Shown piece after piece: positions 14,139 through 24,456 of a stretch of 64,000 bases of DNA (its first letter is position 1; the number at the start of each line of letters is the position of its first letter). The position numbers and the translations under genes are program-made. Source of the DNA: Setoptus koraiensis (taxonomy: Eukaryota; Animalia; Arthropoda); contig CM106585.1 of assembly GCA_048013815.1 (NCBI GenBank), positions 3,658,001 through 3,722,000 of the forward strand, given 5' to 3'. The notes below the pieces were generated by a model. It was not told the DNA's origin and did not search any database. It saw nothing but the letters and a program-made list of their open reading frames with translations.

Positions 14139-14666
14139 TTATTCCGAATCTTGTAAGGTCAATTTGTCAAATTGGAACTCGCCTAGGCCTGGGCCAACTC
14201 GCTTAAGATTGGTGATGTAGTCACTGATCTGCTTCATTGACTCTACCTGCTCGTCCAAGAATTCTTCCTCTAAGAAATCGGTCAGATGCGGATCATCTTG
14301 TTGAGAGGCTAATGTATGCAACTTCAACAAACTTTCATTAACATCTCTTTCCAAAGCCAGAGCCGCCTCCATAGCTTCTAAACCGGTACTGAACGAACTT
14401 TTCGATGGTGTTTTAACATCCTTGTAGACAACCGTTCCGCCACGACTATGTTGATAGCGGATAAACTTTTGAGCATGTTCACGTTCTTCGTTGGAGGATT
14501 CTTTGAAGAACTTATGAAATCCTTTCAAAGCCATGTCATCGCGATCAAAATGATGCGCCATCACCAAATAGGCGTAGCTGGCATATAGCTCCAAATTGAT
14601 CTGATCGTTAATAGCATTTTCACATAGTTGAGTGAAATTTTGACGGATAGCAGATACCTTAGCCAT
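14139..14666 (-). CDS. FTH1: Cytosolic ferritin heavy-chain type, intronless, 175 aa
   Basis: INDQINLELYASYAY, EEREHA, LALERDVN, DPHLTDFLE, EQVESMK, GLGEFQFDK. Ferroxidase ligands equivalent to E27, Y34, E61, E62, H65, E107 and Q141 are present. No signal peptide. Confidence 0.97.
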   Translation of the reverse strand: MAKVSAIRQNFTQLCENAINDQINLELYASYAYLVMAHHFDRDDMALKGFHKFFKESSNEEREHAQKFIRYQHSRGGTVVYKDVKTPSKSSFSTGLEAMEAALALERDVNESLLKLHTLASQQDDPHLTDFLEEEFLDEQVESMKQISDYITNLKRVGPGLGEFQFDKLTLQDSE

Positions 14667-14838
14667 TTCTCTAAGTATGATTGGTTTTTAATATATCTTT
14701 CGGAAGACAATTATAATTGGTTTGGTTATTGTCAAATTTCTTCGCCTTCTGTTTCTTTGGTTGCTATTTCGTGAGATTTCGAGTGAGAATTTACTGGTTT
14801 ATTCGATAGATGTATTTTGCTGGTAGATAGTTTCCTCT

Positions 14839-14865
14839 AACGATTTGATCACTGTCAAAGTCGTT
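14839..14865 (-). promoter_or_regulatory. Iron-responsive element (IRE) in ferritin 5' UTR
   Basis: Minus strand reads AACGA-C-TTTGA-CAGTGA-TCAAA-TCGTT: 5-bp lower stem, unpaired C, 5-bp upper stem and CAGUGN loop, about 173 nt upstream of the ferritin ATG. Confidence 0.93.
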
Positions 14866-14869
14866 TTAG

Positions 14870-14908
14870 TCTGACAGCTCATATGCGTTGCCACGTCAAT
14901 ATATATAG
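14870..14908 (-). promoter_or_regulatory. Putative ferritin core promoter (TATA-like element plus Inr-like TCAGA)
   Basis: TATATATA at 14907-14900 (minus) lies ~30-35 nt upstream of TCAGA (~14874-14870), immediately 5' of the IRE. Confidence 0.45.
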
Positions 14909-17726
14909 TGGCAAGGAAACATATAGTGGTGCAGCTGTTAAGCTGGTCGCGACTCGCGAACGGCGATACAAACAAGATCACACCATCGTTATCAAGTTAC
15001 ATGAGTTGCTAGGGCTCGTGACTCGACCGTGCTTTCTACTAGTTTTATTTTTATTATATCTAATATTATTTCAATCTTTCCATCTCGTTGAGTGTAAGTC
15101 ATCGCTAATCAATACCAATAACTAGCGATGGGTCATGAGATGTAATCATGTCTATTGATTTCGGAACAGTTGACATAGTGCTAGAACCAATCATGGTACT
15201 AGATGATGTTATCATAGGAGATCACAATGAAAAACAAAACGATGTAGCAGAAGAGTCTAGATTGAGAGTAGCATTCATTATCCGACATTCGTAGTTTCCC
15301 AGAATATTTGTCACAACTGTCACTGACAGGAAAGTTCTATCTGTCACAATAGTGACTCTGAGAATGCACCCAGTCATCGTCATAAACAGAGGTTGGCTCT
15401 TCCATCAAAGACTCTGGACATGCTCATATTATCTTTATTTGGATAGTGGAACCTCGCAATTATTGTAATAAAAATAAACAAGTGCAACAACAATAACAAG
15501 AAAATCTCTGATAAAGTCCTCAGTCGAGTTCCTGTGGACTAACAAGTTGACTGTTTCGGGACTCTCTTGCGTACTGGGTGTAAATCTGCCAATGTCTTTG
15601 GTTGTAGTTCTAGAAAGAATCGTTCGAGGTCGCTTTTTGTACGCGCATTTTCGTGCGTTAGATCGAATGAGCACTTGAAAAACAAATCAACAAGAAAAAA
15701 AGAATAAAAAACGCAAGATTTATCAAGACACCTCAAGCTTTTTGAAGCATTTTTAGGCTGATGCCAGCGCCCCTCGCGTCTTTTTTAGAACTACGGCCAA
15801 AGATATTAGCAGATTTCCAGCCGGTATATGTTCTTGAAAGTCTATTGGACAGCAAGTTGCCATCAACAGCAAACATTGCATTTTATTTATTTCGTTTTTA
15901 TCTAGTAGAGGGCGCCCTGCATGGCACACGACTTGTGCCATGCAAGCATGACTGGTGTGTGTGTTGTTCAACAACAGTTGTTGTCGTCAACGTTCATGTG
16001 GCCAATTTCGTTCGCTGAAGCAATGGTGCACCGAAGAACAGCAACAACCAGGAGCGAGTGCAGTGCACCATTCTAACGCAGCACAACTCGAGCGCATAAA
16101 CGCACAATAATGTTTAGTGCTACATGTGTGTGTGTGTGTGTGTGTGTGTGAGCGAGTGAGTGTGTGTGTGTTTGTCGTTGTAAAATTGATTCTCTTATAG
16201 CGCTTTTACAGCGCATCAGTTCTCTATGCACACTATTCGATTCGAATGAACCCGATCTGATTTGCTATGCAGCAACAATACACACACACACACACACAAC
16301 TTTGTGCGCAGTGCGTTCTGCTTGGAACCACTGCACAGAGTGGCACAAAATGTGCGGAGCCGCCATGGGTATAAGGCTGGCGGGTTTGCGAGCGTGGAGC
16401 GCAGAACGATGGAACGTTCAACGTCGGCTATCCTGTGCGAGAGAAAAGCAAGTTTGCCATCGAACAGATAGTACAGGCCGCAGAACAAATGTATAGTTTG
16501 ACTTCCAGCAATGCACTGTTCGAGTTGCAGGCGCACACACTCACACACACACACACACACGCACACACACACAGGAATGGAACGGCAGCGTTGGTAACAG
16601 CAGAACAGAGGCAAGCGCTCACATACATCACACGCATACACACACACACACACACACATAGTCAGTGTGAAGAAGGAGATGAAGATCGAACTGAGTGAAC
16701 GCTGGAGCTTGTGCCGTGAGTGTGTGCACCATAGAACGACGACGAGCAATTGCAAACAACAGAAAGAAAAAAAGGCAACCATCATTGCTGGTGCTGATGG
16801 TGCTGGCTCAGATATAGTTGTATAGCAGTTTGCTACTCTAGTAGGTGCTGCTGCAGCATGAACCAAGTCGCTCAAAGGAAGCGCGAATTGTCATGTTATT
16901 CAAACTACTATTACTCTATTATTTATTTGTAACCTTATACCTACAAACACAGGCGCACACACACACTATTCATATATTCAAATATTATCCAGCGCCATCG
17001 AACCATCTGAAAGATTGAAATTTTATCATTTAAAACAATTTCTATTATTATTATTATCATCATAATTATTATTATAGCCGCCGCTGCTGTTGTTGCTCCC
17101 ACTAGCACCACCATCTCTATACTTTATTAACATCCGTATACTGCTATTATCACTAGTATCACCATTTTTAGCAAACCCCTATTTGCATTGAATTAGGTGA
17201 AGGCTTCATCAGGAAGGCTGCTACAAGTTTTGATGCATGACACTATTTTGTTCCCATCAACGATAACAACAACAACAACAGGATATGTATATCATAGCTA
17301 CTATTAATAGTATTTATCACCAATCTACTAATTCTTAATGAGACACACACACACACACACACACAAACCGCAGCGCATAATTAATATTATCACTATACGC
17401 ATAATTATTAAATAAGAATACATGTTTGCATCATCATATGAGGAAGCATCTGTACGCATTGTAGAGAGGACACATAACTCTATCATTATTACTATTAACA
17501 TTATTTTATTATTATCATTACTATTGCATCAAGCCGATTTCAAAACAAACAAATAACGACGGCCGCCAACAAAGACACATATATATCTATTTATATATAT
17601 ATTTATATATATATATAAATATATATATATAGATATATATATACATAGAGATAGATAGATAGATAGAGATAGATATAAATTATTTATTTAAAAAATTTCT
17701 ACACTATTATTATTGAACATATTATT

Positions 17727-19709
17727 ATGGAACAACAATATAACAACTATTATTATCAGCCCGGTCACTCTGGGCCTCCTCCTCAGCCCCTTCCTCCACA
17801 GCAGGCTCAAATGATACCCGTCATGCAGAATGCTGGCGCCCAACAAGGGCCCCCACCACCACCCCCGCAAACTCATCCCTCTCAGCAAGCTCAAATTATT
17901 TCCGTCATGCAGAATGCTGGCTCTCAACAGGGACCACCACCGCAACAACCAGGACAACAAGTTGTGCATGGCGGCCAGAGGCAACAAATGATGGGTGGCG
18001 CCGGTCCGCCACCGCAGCAACAATTGGGTCCACAACAGTCGCAACATGTGCCCACACCCCAATTACAGCACCCCAATCATCAGCCCGCTACACCACATCA
18101 TCACAGGCAACATATTCAGCAACAACAAGTGCAGCATCAACAACTTCCACAACATCAGCAACATCCACAACATCAGCAACATCCTCAGCATCAGCAACAT
18201 CCACAACACCCACAACATCCACAACATCCGCAACAGCAACACCCGCAGCAGCAACACCACCACCATCAACAACAGCAGCAACCACAACATCATCACCACC
18301 ATCAACAGCAACAACAGCAACATCCTCAGCATCAGCAACATCCACAACAGCACCATCCACAACAACAAACGCATATGCAACACCAAGGTCCGGTTCCCCA
18401 TCAGCAACCGCATCATCATCACCACCATCATCCGCAACACCATCCCCATCAACCACAACAGCCACAAGGACCCCATCCACATCAGATGGGAGGACCACCA
18501 ATGAATGTTGTCGGTGGACATCCGCCACCGCATCATCCTCAGCAAGGACCCCCGCCACCTCAACAGCCTCTACCACCGCACAATATGATTGGACCTACCC
18601 AACACTCGCCTACAGGAATATTAACAGGATCAGAGTTAAGGATTTTAGAAATGAATAGGCGCTTACAAAGCAGAGTTATTATAAATAGGCAATCGATCAC
18701 CCCTTTGCCCACACCATCGCAATATGAAGAAAGTCTTTGGTGGGAAAGATTTGCAAATGATTTCTTTGAAGACGATGCCACTATTACATTGTCTGTACCA
18801 TTAGACCAGCCATCAGACAGACTAACTAGATATACCATTGGTAGAACATTAATACCACGCTTCTTCCGGAGTTATTTCGAGGGAGGCGTCATTGATCTCC
18901 AAATAAATTTACGCCATCCTAAAGAGACTTTACTCACTACTAGCCACACATCTCTTGATTGTGATCAAACAACCATAGTTACCCACATACAAACGTCACA
19001 ACAAACGGTAGTTGTCTGCACCAGCGGTCATCTAATTTTAGATTTCATCAATGGTATGATAAGATCTTGGAACTTTTCCACTAGAGGTTACAGAGAATAT
19101 GTAGAGCGTCCCCCGATGGGTGCTCAAGATCAGCAAATGCCTAGACCTGTCACTAGGCAAGGACTTACTAGTTCTACCCTTATGTATTTAAAGATGTGTG
19201 TTATTTTGGAACCGATGCAAGAAGTAATGCTTGAGCATAAACAAAAAAACCTAGATCCCAGAGAATGCCTCAAACAAATCCTCGTATTTAAGTATAAAGT
19301 TAATGTCGATAATAGGTCTACGACAAGCAAGCGAAGAAAGCGCAAGCCTTCCAATCCGGCAGGAGGCGCAGTTGGTACTAATAAGAAAAAAAATGCCAAT
19401 AGTATTAATAGTAACAACATTAATACACCCTCGGAGCCACCTTTTTCACTAGCCTCTCAAGAAGTCATGGTAGTAGGAGAGCCCTCCATGATGGGGGGAG
19501 ATTTTGGCGATGATAATGAAAGATTGATCACAAGGATGGAGAATAATCAATACGACCCATCTGCGTCTACTCCAAATAATATGAACGATGGCTCATTATC
19601 ACCATCACTGAATACAACACCAGATAGGGGCAATGGCGGACCTAATTCACTCCAGTCGCCCCATCCACCCGCCCAACAACAAAAAATCGAATACAAAGAT
19701 AATGTATGA
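17727..19709 (+). CDS. Chi: LIM domain-binding protein (Chip/LDB), intronless, with ~290-aa Q/H/P-rich N-terminus
   Basis: ELRILEMNRRLQ, WWERFANDFFEDDA, RYTIGRTLIPRFFRSYFEGGV, RQGLTSSTLMYLKMCVILEPMQE, NLS KRRKRK, and LID motif VMVVGEPSMMGGDFGDDNERLITRMENNQYD. Confidence 0.95.
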   Translation: MEQQYNNYYYQPGHSGPPPQPLPPQQAQMIPVMQNAGAQQGPPPPPPQTHPSQQAQIISVMQNAGSQQGPPPQQPGQQVVHGGQRQQMMGGAGPPPQQQLGPQQSQHVPTPQLQHPNHQPATPHHHRQHIQQQQVQHQQLPQHQQHPQHQQHPQHQQHPQHPQHPQHPQQQHPQQQHHHHQQQQQPQHHHHHQQQQQQHPQHQQHPQQHHPQQQTHMQHQGPVPHQQPHHHHHHHPQHHPHQPQQPQGPHPHQMGGPPMNVVGGHPPPHHPQQGPPPPQQPLPPHNMIGPTQHSPTGILTGSELRILEMNRRLQSRVIINRQSITPLPTPSQYEESLWWERFANDFFEDDATITLSVPLDQPSDRLTRYTIGRTLIPRFFRSYFEGGVIDLQINLRHPKETLLTTSHTSLDCDQTTIVTHIQTSQQTVVVCTSGHLILDFINGMIRSWNFSTRGYREYVERPPMGAQDQQMPRPVTRQGLTSSTLMYLKMCVILEPMQEVMLEHKQKNLDPRECLKQILVFKYKVNVDNRSTTSKRRKRKPSNPAGGAVGTNKKKNANSINSNNINTPSEPPFSLASQEVMVVGEPSMMGGDFGDDNERLITRMENNQYDPSASTPNNMNDGSLSPSLNTTPDRGNGGPNSLQSPHPPAQQQKIEYKDNV

Positions 19710-19758
19710 ACATAAATAAAACCGGTTCATTACTTGGTTTCAGTAAACTAACAATTTA

Positions 19759-20349
19759 TTATGGTTTTTTGACAACTCCAACTAACGCAGGTCTAACTAT
19801 TCTGTCGTGCAACTGCCACCCAATTTTGACCACCTCTCCGACTACTCCAGGCTCTTTTGAAGCGTCTGGTATCTCGAACATAGCCTGATGCAGATTAGGG
19901 TCAAATTTCTCTCCTTTCGGATTGATAGAGACAAGTCCATGCCTCCTAAAGATATCGATGGCACGGTCATTTATCATAGATACTCCTTTGTAGTTATCTT
20001 GACCCACCTCCTCAGGCTTAATATTCTGGAGTGCGAGAGACATAGTGTCAGGTATTTCAATTAAGTCCTTGCAGAATTTGAGGATTGCATATTTTTTAGT
20101 TTCTTCCATTTCTCTGGCAGTTCTTTGACGTAAATTTTCCATATCGGCCAGGACCCTTTTATACTTGTCATCTATTAAGGTTATATGACTCTTGAGTTCG
20201 TCTAATTCCTTCTGTTCCGGAGATGCCGTTTGCGGCTTCTGTTCCGTGACTGGTTCTTCATTGGTGGTTGTTGACTGTAGTCTGGTAACGCCGATGTTTC
20301 TTATGTGAGACTTTAGGCATCGCCCTACAAATGGCCCAACTCTGATCAT
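19759..20349 (-). CDS. GRPEL1: Mitochondrial GrpE nucleotide-exchange factor, intronless
   Basis: Basic presequence, KYKRVLADMENLRQRT, KFCKDLIEIPD, GEKFDPNLHQAMF, KIGWQLHDRIVRPALVGV. Confidence 0.95.
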   Translation of the reverse strand: MIRVGPFVGRCLKSHIRNIGVTRLQSTTTNEEPVTEQKPQTASPEQKELDELKSHITLIDDKYKRVLADMENLRQRTAREMEETKKYAILKFCKDLIEIPDTMSLALQNIKPEEVGQDNYKGVSMINDRAIDIFRRHGLVSINPKGEKFDPNLHQAMFEIPDASKEPGVVGEVVKIGWQLHDRIVRPALVGVVKKP

Positions 20350-20563
20350 TGTTATGTATGACTTTTATATCAGTGTCAAATAGATTTTGATGATTGAGTT
20401 TTATACAGAATGAGCAAATCCAATAAAAATCAAGACAGTGATAATAACAGCTATCACAGATTCTAGCGCATGGTTTTTTGGAGGATCTTTGAAATGCAAA
20501 TATTAGGTTCGCGCGAGGTTTGAATTTTTATTATTTTTTTTTTTTTGCTACAAAATATATTTC

Positions 20564-21247
20564 TCAGATATCATCAACGGCTCTTTTCTGCTTGAATTTT
20601 ACTTTTGTCCGATTTTGAGTCGTAAATAGCAAACTAGATCCAAATATACGGTATAGAACTCCTTCGACATAGAATGTGAAGATGGATTCTTTTTTGGGCA
20701 CAGTGCATGTCTTATCATCCGATTTAATAATGATGAAGGTATTTTTAGTCTCTTGGACGACTATGCCTCTGTGGCCGATTAAGGTAGGATTTTTAGAGGC
20801 CTCAATTTCTAACTTGCACCCATGTAGGTCTATTCTAAACAACCTCAATGAATCGCCTCCTTCTTTGATGACTTGTAGAACATACTTTTCCCAAATTTGA
20901 TTGATTTTTTCGAAAGTTGAATATTTTAGGCGGTCATTTTGGGTTAGTTTATATAGTTGTTTTCTTTTCTGTGAATTCAATCTAAGTGGGTTCTTCGGTT
21001 TCTTCTCACGTTTCTTATGCTTCGAATTATGGTCCTCTGATTTTTTTACAGTTTTAGTCTCATCAAGAGCATAGTTGGTGTTCTTCAATTGGTCATGGCC
21101 TTTTTCACAATATGGTTCGATATTATGCCTTATGTAATCCTGTGCGGCTTTGAATCTGTCAATATTGTAGTCCAATCCGAGTCTATCTCCCACATTATTA
21201 ATGACTGCGGGTAGATAGTCGCTAGTCGAGGCTGGTTTATCCGACAT
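20564..21247 (-). CDS. POP4: RNase P/MRP subunit p29, intronless (ATG at 21247; the ORF-track start at 21277 is GTG)
   Basis: INQIWEKYV, RIDLHGCKLEIEASKNPTLIGHRGIVVQETKNTFIII, VPKKESIF: typical Rpp29/POP4 C-terminal domain. Confidence 0.9.
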   Translation of the reverse strand: MSDKPASTSDYLPAVINNVGDRLGLDYNIDRFKAAQDYIRHNIEPYCEKGHDQLKNTNYALDETKTVKKSEDHNSKHKKREKKPKNPLRLNSQKRKQLYKLTQNDRLKYSTFEKINQIWEKYVLQVIKEGGDSLRLFRIDLHGCKLEIEASKNPTLIGHRGIVVQETKNTFIIIKSDDKTCTVPKKESIFTFYVEGVLYRIFGSSLLFTTQNRTKVKFKQKRAVDDI

Positions 21248-22271
21248 GAGAATATTGAATTGAACGCATTTAGTCACTTTGACAAGGTGTAAGGTCCAAA
21301 TTTAATAATAGTACATGATATCCTAGTATAATGTAGCAGGCGGTGGAGTTTTAGGGGAATCATGCGCTTTTTCGCTTTCCGCAAAAACAACGTGCGCATT
21401 TCATTATCGATGCGACATATGATGCCATGGTTGTTGTAGCACTTGTGGTAATCGTTAACAACTATGACAATCAATACTGATTATATAAATAGACAGTCAA
21501 GTGATGATGAGAGAAATCAAGCTAACCAACAACTCCATCAACAAGAGTTACAACTCGCAACAATACACAATCAGTTACAAGTTTATCATTATCATTTATA
21601 TGTTATATCAATAATTTATGTTCCATTGTGAGACCACGGTAGCTATATACTCATTCGCTCCACATATACCATGGAAGGCTTTGTTTGCTGATCAATTAGT
21701 CGACTAGTCAACTGATAGACACCTTTATGTGAGACACTACCACCACCATGTTCGTGTAAACACCATCTCGTTTATTAGCATTATTGTGGACTAGGGAACG
21801 AACAATGTCCAAATGCTATTGTTAGATTACTACTAGTATTATTATTACTATTATTATTGGTTTATTGTGATTTAATTGCACTTTGGTTAGGACAAAAATC
21901 AAGCTAGCTCACACTCATTAATACATTCTTCTACGCACTATCTCGATGTCAATAAAACAGTTTGAAAAATATGTAGATAGTGTAAGCGAGATAGTGTGAT
22001 AAATTCATTAATTTGTGTTTACCCCCTACAATCATTGGTCGTTGATCATCACTATGATTAGGCACAGGTCACACTGGAGAAATCATCACTAGAAATCACC
22101 ACTAGAAATCATCCATCACCCCTGTTATTGACACAATCAGCAGGGAAAGGACATTGTTGATTCTTGACACTGTACTTGCCATTGTCTTAGTACCTCAATA
22201 ATTTACAGTGATCACTACCCTTACTCAAAATTTTACTTTCAAACCGACAGAACAAACGAGGAATAACCACA

Positions 22272-23582
22272 ATGAGCCAAAACAAATATTTCAATTATTT
22301 AATACTAGTGGCAATATTGAATGCGATCAATTGCATCAATGGGGTGATACAACCCCCAAGACTAACAATTGAACAATTTATTGGCCAAAATTCAACACCC
22401 ACAAGGCGAATGCCAATACTCTATGACAATGAACCAGCTGAATTACTCGTTGACGGCCCGGAGGAGTTGCTTCTGCATGAGAAATCTTTCCTCAAAGTCA
22501 GCCTCACCAAAGCACTCGAGTCACCCCTAGAAGTTATAGTGACAATACAATCAGATCCTGGAGTGCTTGAATTTGAGCCCTATAAAACTTTGAATCCTTC
22601 CAAAAATTCGCTCAATATTACTTTCGAACACGGAGAATTCGGCGATAAAGAGATCCACTATCACAGCAATGATATAGCTGGCCATGCGGAAATAATTTGC
22701 AAATTGGCAAAGCAGCCCGAAGGAAATCTCGTCGATACTCGCAAAGCCTTTGTGTCGATAGATATAGCCAGAAGTCAATTCATTTGGACTGTGATGCAAG
22801 TGATTGGCTGGCTTTATTTCGCTGCTTGGTCCATTAGTTTCTATCCACAGCTTATATTGAATTACCAAAGAAAATCCGTCATCGGCTTGAATTTCGACTT
22901 TATTGCGTTGAATCTAGTTGGTTTTGTCATGTATTCGATATACAACATTAGTTTATTGTTTTCAAGGGCAGTCCAAAAAAACTATTACGACAAATATTCT
23001 TATTCGCGGATACCAGTAGAATACAATGATTTATTTTTCTCCGTCCATGCGGCCATAGTGACGCTATTAACAATTTTCCAGTGTTTCATATACGAGAGAG
23101 GCGACCAAAAACTCTCTCTACCTTCAATAGTATTTATTGCACTCTCCGTTCTCACAGGATTCATCTTATATTTAATTAGTCAATTTAGTTATGTCTCAGT
23201 ATTGACCGTTATACTGTACTGTTCTTACTCGAAATTAGCTATAACACTTATAAAGTACATACCACAAGCCTACATGAATTACAAGAGACAATCAACAGTC
23301 GGATGGAGTATTCACAATATCATGCTTGACTCTACTGGTGGTATACTGAGTCTTGGCCAAATGCTATTGGCGGCATACAATTACAATGATTGGATATCAA
23401 TATTTGGCAATCCAACAAAGTTTGGTCTAGGCATATTTAGTATCTCATTCGACATACTATTCATCCTGCAACATTATGTGTTCTACAAGGATAGCAATGG
23501 TAGCCAAGAGAACATTGCTCCTAACGTTGACGCTGAAGGTAATACTAGACCTAGTGGGGGTCAAGACCAGAGTGATCTATAG
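22272..23582 (+). CDS. CTNS: Cystinosin (PQ-loop lysosomal cystine transporter), intronless
   Basis: Signal peptide, luminal domain, GWLYFAAWSISFYPQ..NYQRKSVIGLNFDF, KYIPQAYMNYKRQSTVGWSI, FGNPTKFGLG, FDILFILQHYVFY. Confidence 0.95.
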   Translation: MSQNKYFNYLILVAILNAINCINGVIQPPRLTIEQFIGQNSTPTRRMPILYDNEPAELLVDGPEELLLHEKSFLKVSLTKALESPLEVIVTIQSDPGVLEFEPYKTLNPSKNSLNITFEHGEFGDKEIHYHSNDIAGHAEIICKLAKQPEGNLVDTRKAFVSIDIARSQFIWTVMQVIGWLYFAAWSISFYPQLILNYQRKSVIGLNFDFIALNLVGFVMYSIYNISLLFSRAVQKNYYDKYSYSRIPVEYNDLFFSVHAAIVTLLTIFQCFIYERGDQKLSLPSIVFIALSVLTGFILYLISQFSYVSVLTVILYCSYSKLAITLIKYIPQAYMNYKRQSTVGWSIHNIMLDSTGGILSLGQMLLAAYNYNDWISIFGNPTKFGLGIFSISFDILFILQHYVFYKDSNGSQENIAPNVDAEGNTRPSGGQDQSDL

Positions 23583-24264
23583 TGATAATATTGTTGTTGC
23601 TAGAATCATCAAGTAACAATGTGTATTGGCTTGTTCGCAAAAAGAGTTGTGTATATGTGATGATAAACAAGTAACAAGTAAGATCAGATTAAAACGAGTG
23701 CCAATGGAATGAATGTCAACAAGTGTAATTCCAGTAAATACAAAAGCATGTTTCAATTTTTTTTCTCTTCAAAATTTATCTCTGGATTGCTCTAAATTGT
23801 TAATAGTTCAATTTTTGTTACGAAATTGAAATGGATAACGTGGGTTCAAATGATGAACCAACTTCGTTTGCGACCATCTCAGTTGACACCGGAAACACCG
23901 ACTCGTGTCTATTTTAGGGGGAAATTCGCTTTGCATTATTTCGCAACCCACATTCTCAGGCATTGTTTACTATTGGAAGTTGTATTAACGCATCGTACAT
24001 TATACTTTTCGAACACTCTTTCAACTTTTGTCAATTGCAGACTTCGGTTGGAAATTTTCAACGGCTGCAATATACTCATGTACGATATAAAACCTAAAGA
24101 ACTGCTAAACGGCACGGTGCCTTTTTGCCCATCTAAATATCTTCTTATAACTTGATAGTCGAAATTCCTTTTTTAACAGCCAATTTTGTCCGCCCTAATG
24201 ATGGCATATTACATAATGTAGCACGTGACACGACTAGCAACTATCTTGTGAGACTTTATGTAAA

Positions 24265-24277
24265 CCACTAGAGGGCG
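24265..24277 (+). promoter_or_regulatory. CTCF-like core motif CCACTAGAGGGCG
   Basis: Match to the CTCF core consensus, located between cystinosin and the Dscam regulatory region. Sequence match only. Confidence 0.35.
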
Positions 24278-24376
24278 ACACAGTAGATACATTAGTGAAC
24301 AACTACTGTATTCTGTCATCGTCGTTATTATGCCCCTATATCTATATGTCGTTGTGTCATCATTTTGTTTGCAAAT

Positions 24377-24380
<4 letters not shown>

Positions 24381-24448
<68 letters not shown>
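24381..24448. repeat. (TC)n microsatellite, ~34 units
   Basis: Directly visible. Confidence 0.95.

Positions 24449-24456
<8 letters not shown>

Noticed and set aside
17688-18576. Minus-strand ORFs (e.g. 18063..18563, 18088..18576) and + ORF 17995..18504
   Set aside because: Antisense or alternate-frame shadows of the Chip Q/H repeat; simple repeats keep frames open.
20530-20563. A-tract just 3' of intronless POP4 as a retroposition scar
   Set aside because: A-tracts are common here, no target-site duplication is visible, and intron loss affects all neighbouring genes.
21274-21474. 66-aa minus ORF abutting POP4
   Set aside because: No recognisable motif and a non-ATG start; likely promoter/UTR of the divergent POP4-CTNS pair.
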